DNA of 40,610 nucleotides, taken from assembly GCA_964491455.1 (NCBI GenBank), contig CAZBFM010000001.1, positions 522,293-562,902 on the forward strand, read 5' to 3'. This DNA is from an uncultured Candidatus Saccharibacteria bacterium. GTDB lineage: Bacteria > Patescibacteriota > Minisyncoccia > 2-02-FULL-40-12 > GWA2-44-9. The notes below the pieces were generated by a model, which was given only the letters and a program-made list of their open reading frames with translations, had not been told where the DNA came from and did no database searches. Position numbers and translations under genes: made by a program. The first letter of the stretch is position 1; each line of letters starts with the position of its first letter. This document shows, piece after piece, positions 14,976 through 22,488 of this stretch.

Positions 14976-16796
14976 TTACTTGCGGATACGAAAGACCAGT
15001 TCCTGACTATCAAGCCATACGTCCGCCGACCCCGCTGAATGATCATCCAAATACAAGCCAAAATTACCGCAACCAACACCGAAAAGTAGCGGAATATCTT
15101 CGACAAATATGGGATTCATTGCAATAAACATCCAGTCTCCGAGAGGTTGATCTGTGAGCATCAGCCTGAGATGCGGTCCGACTTCTGCGGGGCAAAGCTC
15201 GAGACCGAGCTGTTCGGCTGTTCTGCTGATTTGATCAAAAGTGACTCCACTCTGGAGACCGAGGTCAGCGACCGTCAAACGAACCAGATCAACACGCTCT
15301 CTTGTCTTGGATGTTGTAAAGTCGGGGCTATCCAGAAGTGAACGGGCATAGTTGTTGGTATAGATATTTTGCGATTGCATCTCCTGCTCGAGCTGTTCCG
15401 CACTCATCCCCCCAATCTCCGTCTCCATCTTTCTGATCTTCCCCTCAGGAAACGAGGTGTAGAGATGCTCGATGGGGAGACTAAAGATACCAGGGAAGAG
15501 CGGACCGATGTATGCCTTGGTGTCCGGCTTGATCTGCCTCTCTCTGGCGGCAAGCTGATGTGGTTTGCAGTCGAAGACAACGGACATGTCGGCAACAGGG
15601 CTGCGGGTTCTGCGGAGCTCTTCAATGCGGGGGTCTTTCTGATAGCCAAATCCTTCGATAGGGGTATCGAGCTCGTAGAGGAAGGTGAGGTCGTCTCGCG
15701 AGAGAACCTTGCCGGCGCCTGCTTTCTTCTCGATTTCAGTCAGATGCGCCATGTCTGCTGATTTTTTCTCATATGACGTGCCGTCAGGAAATTCCTTCAG
15801 CTTCTCCTGCACCACAGGCGCGATATACGGGTCGAGGTTTTGATCGGATGCGATACCACGTACCTCACCGATACTGTTTCCTTCCATGCGGATAGCGGAG
15901 CGAGGGATGGTTGGCTTGCCTGATGCGTCGAGCGAGTAGTAGACGTAGAAGTCGCCATGAGAAAGTTGGTTCTGTGCGGTAGACTCCCCTGCGGTGCACC
16001 AGCCCGTGCCGTGACCCTGTAGAGATTGTACGAGTGGCATATGGTCGGAGCCTCGCGGATATTTGACCCAGACCCCTTCGGTGACGGAGAGGAGATTTTT
16101 CTCCGTGGGAGTGACTTGCTCAATTGCCCAGGCATAGAGCTTTGGGAAATTTTCTGATTTAACCAGCTCCGCTGCTCCGCCCTCCATAAGCAAGTATCCC
16201 GCGTGCTTTTTCTCAATAATATCGAGCACATACGCCAGTGCTTCGCGATTCAGATCGGGAAATGGTTTCGTGGTGCCCTTGGAGCGCTTGGTGAATGCTT
16301 TCTTTTCTTTGTCATATTCGCCCATGCCCAAGATACTGCGGATAGCAAAGTACTTGAGCCAATCGGGATAGGTGGCATCGGGAGACGAGAGGTAGTCGAT
16401 CCAGGTATCCAGCGAACTGCGCTGATCGGATGTGATCACATCAGCGAGCTGTTCCCGTTGTTCTTCGGTAATTTCGATATCGCCATGTCCTCGCTCGCGC
16501 GCAAGCTTCTGTTGATGTTCGTAGTATCCCTCGGGGATATCTGCTGGTCGGATGACGTGCCTATCGTACATCACCTTTTTGAGTGCACTCATCCCCCGCT
16601 CTCGCAGTGCGGGGCTGGGACGATCGAGGATCTCGCGGATGCGCGCGAGATAGTTGGAGATTTGAGACTCGGGCTGTTGCGGTACTTTCTCGCCAGTGCG
16701 TATTCTAGTACGCTTTGCCGCTGCTTCCGTTTCGGGAGCTTTGTGCAGCGCATATTTTTCCTTGAGCATCTTCGGCCCGTGTTCGGACATATGCAA
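14976..16796 (-). CDS. Large (606 aa) cytoplasmic hypothetical protein, no recognisable domain
   Basis: Long uninterrupted ORF with an ATG start and no TM helix or signal peptide. Distinctive stretches are DWLKYFAIRSILGMGEYDKEKKAF and HGTGWCTAGESTAQNQLSHGDFYVYYS. Confidence 0.7.
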   Translation of the reverse strand: MHMSEHGPKMLKEKYALHKAPETEAAAKRTRIRTGEKVPQQPESQISNYLARIREILDRPSPALRERGMSALKKVMYDRHVIRPADIPEGYYEHQQKLARERGHGDIEITEEQREQLADVITSDQRSSLDTWIDYLSSPDATYPDWLKYFAIRSILGMGEYDKEKKAFTKRSKGTTKPFPDLNREALAYVLDIIEKKHAGYLLMEGGAAELVKSENFPKLYAWAIEQVTPTEKNLLSVTEGVWVKYPRGSDHMPLVQSLQGHGTGWCTAGESTAQNQLSHGDFYVYYSLDASGKPTIPRSAIRMEGNSIGEVRGIASDQNLDPYIAPVVQEKLKEFPDGTSYEKKSADMAHLTEIEKKAGAGKVLSRDDLTFLYELDTPIEGFGYQKDPRIEELRRTRSPVADMSVVFDCKPHQLAARERQIKPDTKAYIGPLFPGIFSLPIEHLYTSFPEGKIRKMETEIGGMSAEQLEQEMQSQNIYTNNYARSLLDSPDFTTSKTRERVDLVRLTVADLGLQSGVTFDQISRTAEQLGLELCPAEVGPHLRLMLTDQPLGDWMFIAMNPIFVEDIPLLFGVGCGNFGLYLDDHSAGSADVWLDSQELVFRIRK

Positions 16797-16826
16797 CTAT
16801 TTTACCATAACCATGCTAATGCATTG

Positions 16827-16925
16827 CTGACATATCGCTGCGAAGACCATTTCGAGCTCGACGGAGCGAGAACGGAGTTGATTTGATACCAATCAAATCA
16901 ACGTGTCCGAGCAGCGATATGTCAG
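16827..16925. repeat. 99-nt compound inverted repeat / long hairpin in the divergent intergenic region upstream of pnp
   Basis: Outer arms CTGACATATCGCTGC (16827-16841) and GCAGCGATATGTCAG (16911-16925) form a perfect 15 bp. The inner hairpin GTTGATTTGAT-ACCA-ATCAAATCAAC is a perfect 11 bp. Confidence 0.8.
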
Positions 16926-17122
16926 TGATGCGGTAAAATCAATCAACGCGAAGCTCTAGCAAAATAGAACATTTTGTGGCATACTCGTTGCCGTAGCATT
17001 CATTGCAGTGGCGTGAAACTATACGGGCACCGTTCAATCTAGACCGCAGCGTTCCATTAGGAACATTGAGGCTTAGAGTGAACCGCCCCTCGGGGCACCG
17101 TCACCTCTCGCCATTTTTCACT

Positions 17123-19255
17123 ATGTCAGAGAAAGTCTATACCGCGACGTTCGCGGGTAAACCACTCACCGTCAAGGTGGGTAAATTAGCGCAGCAGGCC
17201 AATGGTTCAGTGTTAGTGCAGTACGGCGAGACCACCATTCTCGCAACAGTCGTATTAGGCGACGTCACGCCTCGTGACTACTTTCCCCTCTCGGTAGATT
17301 TCGAGGAACGCTATTATGCCGCCGGAAAGATCAAGGATTCCAAGTGGCTCAAGCGCGAAGGTCGCCCCACGGAAGAGGCAATCCTTACAGGGCGTGTTAT
17401 CGACCGCTCGATCCGCCCACGTTTTAACCAGCGAACACGCAATGAATTGCAATGTGTCGCAACGGTGCTTTCGTTTGATAAAGTCAACGATGCAGACATG
17501 CCATCGGTTTTTGCGGTCTCCACAGCGCTCATGGTGTCCGATATCCCTTACGCAGGACCTGTCTCCAGTGTCCGCGTTGGTCGCATTAATGGTTCATTTG
17601 TCATCAATCCGACGTATGCAGAACGACTTGAGAGCGATCTGGACATCATCGTCTCAGGCACCTCAACCCGCATTAACATGATTGAAGCAGGTGCAAATAT
17701 ATTGCCTGAAGACGTCATCGGTGATGCTATCGAAGCAGGTTTTACAGCGCTCAAAGAACTCAACGATCTTCAGATGAGTATCGCCAAGGAAGTTGGCAAA
17801 GCAAAAGTCGAACTCGCAATGTCGAGCGTTGATGAAGAATTAATGACAGTCGTACGCGAATTTGCCGAACCAAAGCTCGATACCGCAATTTTTGCGGCAA
17901 CAAAAGCAGAACACTATGCTGGACAGGCGCGCGTTCAGGAGGAGCTTATGGCGCACCTCGATGAGAAGTATGCCGGTGACGCCCAGCTGGAAGACAAGAA
18001 AGCTGCCGCAGTCGGATTTCTCGATGAGTGCATTAATGTTGTCGTACATCGCAACATTTTGGAGCGAGATCGACGCGTCGACGGTCGCAAGCTCGACCAG
18101 CTTCGCACATTGAGCGCAGAGGTCGGTGTTTTGCCTCGCACACACGGTACAGGACTCTTTATGCGCGGCGACACACAGGCATTGAGCGTGTTGACGCTTG
18201 CCTCGCCGGGACAGGAGCAGTGGATGGAAAGCATGGAAATCGAACTTTCCAAGAAGGGCTTCATGCACCACTACAATTTCCCACCATACTCAGTCGGTGA
18301 GACTGGCCGTATGGGTGCCCCTGGACGCCGTGAAATTGGCCATGGCGCCCTTGCAGAGCGAGCACTCGTACCTATCATCCCCTCACGAGAAAAGTTCCCC
18401 TACACGATTCGTATCGTGTCAGAAATTCTCGGATCCAATGGCTCTTCTTCGCAGGCATCTATCTGTGGCTCTACCCTCGCACTCATGGACGCAGGCGTTC
18501 CTATCTTAGCGCCTGCAGCAGGTATCGCGATGGGACTTATGCTTGACGAAAAAGGTGAACACTACAAAATCCTCACCGACATCCAAGGCCCCGAGGATCA
18601 CCATGGCGACATGGATCTCAAGGTTGCCGGAACCCGTGAAGGCGTCACTGCGATGCAGATGGATGTGAAGATTGATGGCATCACGCCGCAGATTGTTCGA
18701 GAGACTCTCGCGCAAGCTCGCCGTGCACGCTTAGAGATTCTTGATGTGATGCAGAAGGCAATCTCCGCTCCTCGCGCTGAATTGTCGGTACACGCGCCTC
18801 GCGTTCACCTCATGAAGATTGACTCTGACAAGATTGGACTAGTCATCGGATCTGGTGGCAAGACCATCAACGGCATCATCGATGAAACCGGCGCAACCAT
18901 CGACATCGAAGATGACGGCACAGTATTTATAACCGCAGGCTCGCCTGAAGCGATGAAGCTCGCCATCGACCGCATCACCCAGCTCACCTATGAACCAAAG
19001 CCAGGTGAAGAATTCGACGGCACGGTTGTGTCCGTGAAGGACTTTGGCGCATTTGTTGAAATCCTTCCAGGAACGGATGGCATGGTGCACGTATCAGAGA
19101 TGAGCACCGATCGCATTGCGCATCCGTCCGATGCAGTCAAAGAAGGTCAAAAAGTGCACGTCTGGGTAGTGGCAGTCAGTCCCGAGGGCAAGATTTCGCT
19201 CTCGATGCTTGGACCACAGGGCAAGCCTCGCGGTGATCGTCCACAGCGACGATAA
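17123..19255 (+). CDS. pnp: Polyribonucleotide nucleotidyltransferase (PNPase)
   Basis: Start at MSEKVYTATFAGKPL. Two RNase PH domains (GSNGSSSQASICGSTLALMDAGVPI), KH domain (GSGGKTINGIIDETGA) and S1 domain (GTVVSVKDFGAFVEILPGTDGMVHVSEM). Confidence 0.95.
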   Translation: MSEKVYTATFAGKPLTVKVGKLAQQANGSVLVQYGETTILATVVLGDVTPRDYFPLSVDFEERYYAAGKIKDSKWLKREGRPTEEAILTGRVIDRSIRPRFNQRTRNELQCVATVLSFDKVNDADMPSVFAVSTALMVSDIPYAGPVSSVRVGRINGSFVINPTYAERLESDLDIIVSGTSTRINMIEAGANILPEDVIGDAIEAGFTALKELNDLQMSIAKEVGKAKVELAMSSVDEELMTVVREFAEPKLDTAIFAATKAEHYAGQARVQEELMAHLDEKYAGDAQLEDKKAAAVGFLDECINVVVHRNILERDRRVDGRKLDQLRTLSAEVGVLPRTHGTGLFMRGDTQALSVLTLASPGQEQWMESMEIELSKKGFMHHYNFPPYSVGETGRMGAPGRREIGHGALAERALVPIIPSREKFPYTIRIVSEILGSNGSSSQASICGSTLALMDAGVPILAPAAGIAMGLMLDEKGEHYKILTDIQGPEDHHGDMDLKVAGTREGVTAMQMDVKIDGITPQIVRETLAQARRARLEILDVMQKAISAPRAELSVHAPRVHLMKIDSDKIGLVIGSGGKTINGIIDETGATIDIEDDGTVFITAGSPEAMKLAIDRITQLTYEPKPGEEFDGTVVSVKDFGAFVEILPGTDGMVHVSEMSTDRIAHPSDAVKEGQKVHVWVVAVSPEGKISLSMLGPQGKPRGDRPQRR

Positions 19256-19262
19256 TCTCGTC

Positions 19263-19297
19263 AAACAAAAACCCCGCCATGAGCGGGGTTTTTGTTT
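19263..19297. terminator. Bidirectional rho-independent terminator
   Basis: AAACAAAAACCCCGC-CATGA-GCGGGGTTTTTGTTT. Confidence 0.8.
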
Positions 19298-19300
19298 AGA

Positions 19301-20434
19301 CTAGAATGCGGTTATCGCTTTGGAATCAATAATACCCTGAACCTCTTCGAATCCGAGTGGGAACGAGTAATTATATCGAGCCGGCAACGCGAATACATAT
19401 TTTTCATTGCGAGCTAATTCGCTTGGCCCTATCGGAGCGGCACCAAAGCTCCATTCATCCTTCATGCTCTTTTCCCACTGCTGGACTGTGAGCACCATGA
19501 TGGGTATATCTTGCCGTGGCTTTTTTGTAGTTGAAGCTGGATGTTGGATGCGCACCATGACGCCCGATGCAATCGTCTTGGAGTCCGCTGTTACTAACCA
19601 CGTATCATCTTTGACGGTATATCCCCTCCAACTCACCGGGAGCGTCACACGAAGTCCGTAGGCAATGTTTTTATACTCAATCGATGCCTGAAGATCGTTG
19701 AATGTGAATGTCGACAACACCTGGGAGCTCGTTAGCTCATTGGTGCTTCGGCTCTGCGTTAGCGTGTACAGCGCATCCTTGTGTTCGATAAATATAGTTC
19801 TCGTTTCAAAGTCTTTGCCCTTGTAATCATACGTCCAGGCGTCCCGCCCCTGGAATGACACAGCTACATCACCATTGCTCGGCAATTTTGAGAGATACTC
19901 CTGCAACGACTTCGCCCCTGCGTTTTTATAGAGCGCGGCCGCGTTCTTTTGAGCCGCAATTGTTAAATCAGGAAGTATTTGTGTTTTCTCACTACGAAAG
20001 CTCGTGATGCTTGCGCTACTAGTCACATCCCAATCAGCGGGAATCGATAGAGAGAAATTACCAGCATCGCTGCTATAGCTTGTCCATCCATTCAATAGAG
20101 TCGTCTCCGGCGCTGGGCAAACGAGGATCGGCGGACAAGGAGCTCGAATACATTGCACCTGTTGCAGCACACACTGACCCTTCCTTCCCTCGTCATCTTT
20201 CGGGACAACAACCGCATCATCCCCCTGTGGCCAGTAGCCCTGATACCAAAGGGTGCCCAGAGCAACTGAGAGAACCGCCACCACGAGAAGAAGTACGCCA
20301 ACGACTGACCAATGCTTTCGAAGGGCAGCTCCGTGAGCTTGTATTTTTGCTAACTCACTCAGTGATGCATGCTCCTCGTGCTCACCCGACAGATTCATAT
20401 TGTCTTGCATGTCATCAGTATACCGCACGCACAC
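19301..20434 (-). CDS. TM-anchored extracytoplasmic hypothetical protein
   Basis: GTG at 20434 or ATG at 20410 (MQDNMNLS...). TM helix WSVVGVLLLVVAVLSVALGTLWY. Cys-rich stretch CVLQQVQCIRAPCPPILVCP. Confidence 0.6.
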   Translation of the reverse strand: MCVRYTDDMQDNMNLSGEHEEHASLSELAKIQAHGAALRKHWSVVGVLLLVVAVLSVALGTLWYQGYWPQGDDAVVVPKDDEGRKGQCVLQQVQCIRAPCPPILVCPAPETTLLNGWTSYSSDAGNFSLSIPADWDVTSSASITSFRSEKTQILPDLTIAAQKNAAALYKNAGAKSLQEYLSKLPSNGDVAVSFQGRDAWTYDYKGKDFETRTIFIEHKDALYTLTQSRSTNELTSSQVLSTFTFNDLQASIEYKNIAYGLRVTLPVSWRGYTVKDDTWLVTADSKTIASGVMVRIQHPASTTKKPRQDIPIMVLTVQQWEKSMKDEWSFGAAPIGPSELARNEKYVFALPARYNYSFPLGFEEVQGIIDSKAITAF

Positions 20435-20488
20435 ACTTCCACAACAATGAAATGAGCGCTATGATGGGGTTATTCACGTAGCACTCTT

Positions 20489-21655
20489 ATGCCAGACCAA
20501 CCATCACTCACCCCGCAAGCACCCCAGTCGCGCCCACCGATGAATCTCCCGATAGCATCGAGTCGCGCCTCCTCACCTTCTACCCCCGTCGCAGCACCTA
20601 TACAGGCACCAAAACCGGCGCTGCAACCTCCTGCGCCTGCGATGACAGAGATTCGCGCACCTGTACCCACGCCAACTCCTCCACCCAGAATCGCATCTGA
20701 GTCACGCCCCATGCCGGTTGCGCCTACTCCACATACATCCGTGACTGAGCAAGTGCACACGATGAGCACCGATATTGCTCGCATTACCACTGGAACCTAT
20801 ACAGCGCCCACAGATCGTACCCCGCAAGCCCCACTTCCCGCGCGAATAACACCTCCGCCCCTGCAAGAACCTAGCACACCTCGAGGCCGTATGGCTGCAT
20901 ACGCGATTGGCGCCATTATTGTCATAGGCCTGATTGGTTACCTTATCTCATCAATACTCAGCAATTCAGATTCCATTGCGACGACGCCAACTCCTGTTAC
21001 CTCTCGAAGTGCCTCGCCATCACCTACAGCCACCCCCAGCAACGCTCGCAAGATTGCCTCCTATTTCGCTGATACAACTACGCTTGCCGCGTTACCGCAA
21101 TCATCCTCAATCGTTACGGATGCGCGAAATACAATCATTGCCACAAAAACACAGCCAAAAACAGCTCAGCGCCTTCTAATAACAATCGCAGGAGCAACGC
21201 CCACTTCATCCGTCGTCGTGCGCTCATTGCTAACACCTTCACTTCCAGAGACCACACTAGCATCGTTTCTAGGCGCTGATTGGGCTACCGTGACCTATGG
21301 TCAAACCGAGCAATATACGAGCGCGGGCGCGCTTACGACCGGGATAGCGACGAGACCCGTTATGATTATTGAGGTAACCGATGCGACGATTGCACGCCAG
21401 CAAATGCTCAACTGGGAGACAAGCGGCCTTCTTGATGCTGCGAGTCAGCTCTTTGGCTTTGATGCTACGAAGCGCAAGCTCGATACGTTTAGCGATGCGC
21501 TCCATCGAACACTACCCGTTCGCTTTATCAATTTCCCGTATGCTGACTCGAGCATAGACTACGTAATCGTCACTGCCTCCAACAACGTAAACTATCTCGT
21601 CATCGCGTCGTCCCGCGAGTCACTATTTTACGTAGTCGATCTGCTCACACAGTAG
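20489..21655 (+). CDS. Hypothetical protein: Pro-rich N-terminal region, single TM helix, extracytoplasmic domain
   Basis: ATG at 20489. About 135 aa of P/A/T-rich sequence, TM helix AAYAIGAIIVIGLIGYLISSIL, then a 230-aa domain with no motif recognised. Confidence 0.6.
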   Translation: MPDQPSLTPQAPQSRPPMNLPIASSRASSPSTPVAAPIQAPKPALQPPAPAMTEIRAPVPTPTPPPRIASESRPMPVAPTPHTSVTEQVHTMSTDIARITTGTYTAPTDRTPQAPLPARITPPPLQEPSTPRGRMAAYAIGAIIVIGLIGYLISSILSNSDSIATTPTPVTSRSASPSPTATPSNARKIASYFADTTTLAALPQSSSIVTDARNTIIATKTQPKTAQRLLITIAGATPTSSVVVRSLLTPSLPETTLASFLGADWATVTYGQTEQYTSAGALTTGIATRPVMIIEVTDATIARQQMLNWETSGLLDAASQLFGFDATKRKLDTFSDALHRTLPVRFINFPYADSSIDYVIVTASNNVNYLVIASSRESLFYVVDLLTQ

Positions 21656-21703
21656 TTATCACCCGATTCATCCACAGTCAGCCGAGCGTGTCATACCTCG
21701 CCA

Positions 21704-21729
21704 ATCCCCCGAAACGACCCTCGGGGGAT
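21704..21729 (+). terminator. Hairpin terminator after 20489-21655
   Basis: ATCCCCCGA-(8 nt)-TCGGGGGAT followed by ATTCATTTCT. Confidence 0.5.
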
Positions 21730-21763
21730 ATTCATTTCTATGGCGCAACAGCTTATGTTTTGA

Positions 21764-21868
21764 GGTGCCAACGTGGTGACAAGGTGACAGCGTGGTGACA
21801 GACTTGGTGACAGCGTGGTGACAGACTTGGTGACAAGTTATCCACTTGGTGCCATTGCCGGTGTCACC
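21764..21868 (+). promoter_or_regulatory. Iteron-like array of GGTGACA heptamers (candidate operator array)
   Basis: Six direct GGTGACA (21775, 21783, 21794, 21806, 21817, 21829), two GGTGCCA (21764, 21848) and the palindrome GGTGTCACC (21860-21868). The 23-bp unit GCGTGGTGACAGACTTGGTGACA is exactly duplicated in tandem (21790-21812, 21813-21835). Confidence 0.6.
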
Positions 21869-21883
21869 ATCGTGCCCTATACT
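21855..21883 (+). promoter_or_regulatory. Promoter candidate embedded in the repeat array
   Basis: TTGCCG (21855-21860), 17-nt spacer containing GGTGTCACC, TATACT (21878-21883). Confidence 0.35.
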
Positions 21884-22206
21884 TTGAGGGTAGTTCTTTC
21901 GAAGTCGTACCACCTCGCTGGCACCTCTACTGGAGCCATCGCAGCGTGAACGACAAGCGCAGAAACAGAGCAGTGTAGTGCAGCAGCTCATTGGTAGCGA
22001 CAGCAGGGTAAGTACAATTTATCAGTCGAACTCTTTGTGAGGCAATCGCGCCCACCGAGGGTAGATAGTCAAGGGCACTCCTCCATAAAACACCATAACG
22101 GTATTACGGGGAACGGAGTGCCCTTTCCTTTTGCTATAATTGCCTTCACTATTCTTGATTTGCATATGTGAAAGTGATATACCTGTACTACTAATCAATC
22201 GAACAC

Positions 22207-22458
22207 ATGGAACGATCCCCCTCAAACCCAACAGCAGAGCAACTTGATGCAGAGATAGCAGATATTGATCGTCAGCTTTTAGAGCTCGATGGTCATCTTG
22301 CGCATCACTCGGAAACAGGAAGCAACTCTCCTGATGACGATGGGCAAGAAGCTGCGCAAGATATGCAGGATATGGCCACGGGTCCCGGCTTCAAAATGGA
22401 CAAGCTCCGTCATCGCCGCGCCGAACTCATCGCGCAAAAAGAAGCTCTGAATTCTTAG
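22207..22458 (+). CDS. Small acidic coiled-coil hypothetical protein (83 aa)
   Basis: ATG start. An extended -10 TGCTATAAT lies at 22132-22140 upstream. No motif recognised. Confidence 0.5.
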   Translation: MERSPSNPTAEQLDAEIADIDRQLLELDGHLAHHSETGSNSPDDDGQEAAQDMQDMATGPGFKMDKLRHRRAELIAQKEALNS

Positions 22459-22488
22459 CTATTATGCGCTTGAGGGGGCGCACAACCC

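Noticed and set aside
16203-16886. 227-aa plus-strand ORF antisense to the 606-aa gene
   Set aside because: It lies almost entirely within the longer, better-supported minus-strand ORF and runs into the intergenic hairpin. It has no RBS, and the translation is low-complexity.
21764-21868. Possible CRISPR array
   Set aside because: The units are 7-23 bp and directly abutting, with no unique spacers of 25-40 bp. No cas genes are present in the window.
21668-21991. 107-aa minus-strand ORF across the GGTGACA array
   Set aside because: The translation is a repeat artefact (HHAVTKSVTTLSPCHH...). There is no RBS, and it overlaps a terminator hairpin and the promoter-like elements.
22071-22125. CIRCE (HrcA) operator, because the arms contain GCACTC ... 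GAGTGC
   Set aside because: CIRCE requires a 9-nt spacer (TTAGCACTC-N9-GAGTGCTAA), whereas here the arms are 33 nt apart. The flanking TTA/TAA are absent and no chaperone gene follows.
21656-22206. Chromosomal replication origin (oriC)
   Set aside because: There are only two imperfect DnaA-box-like 9-mers, no dnaA/dnaN neighbourhood and no clear AT-rich 13-mer unwinding repeats. It is kept only as an alternative hypothesis, to be tested by GC skew.
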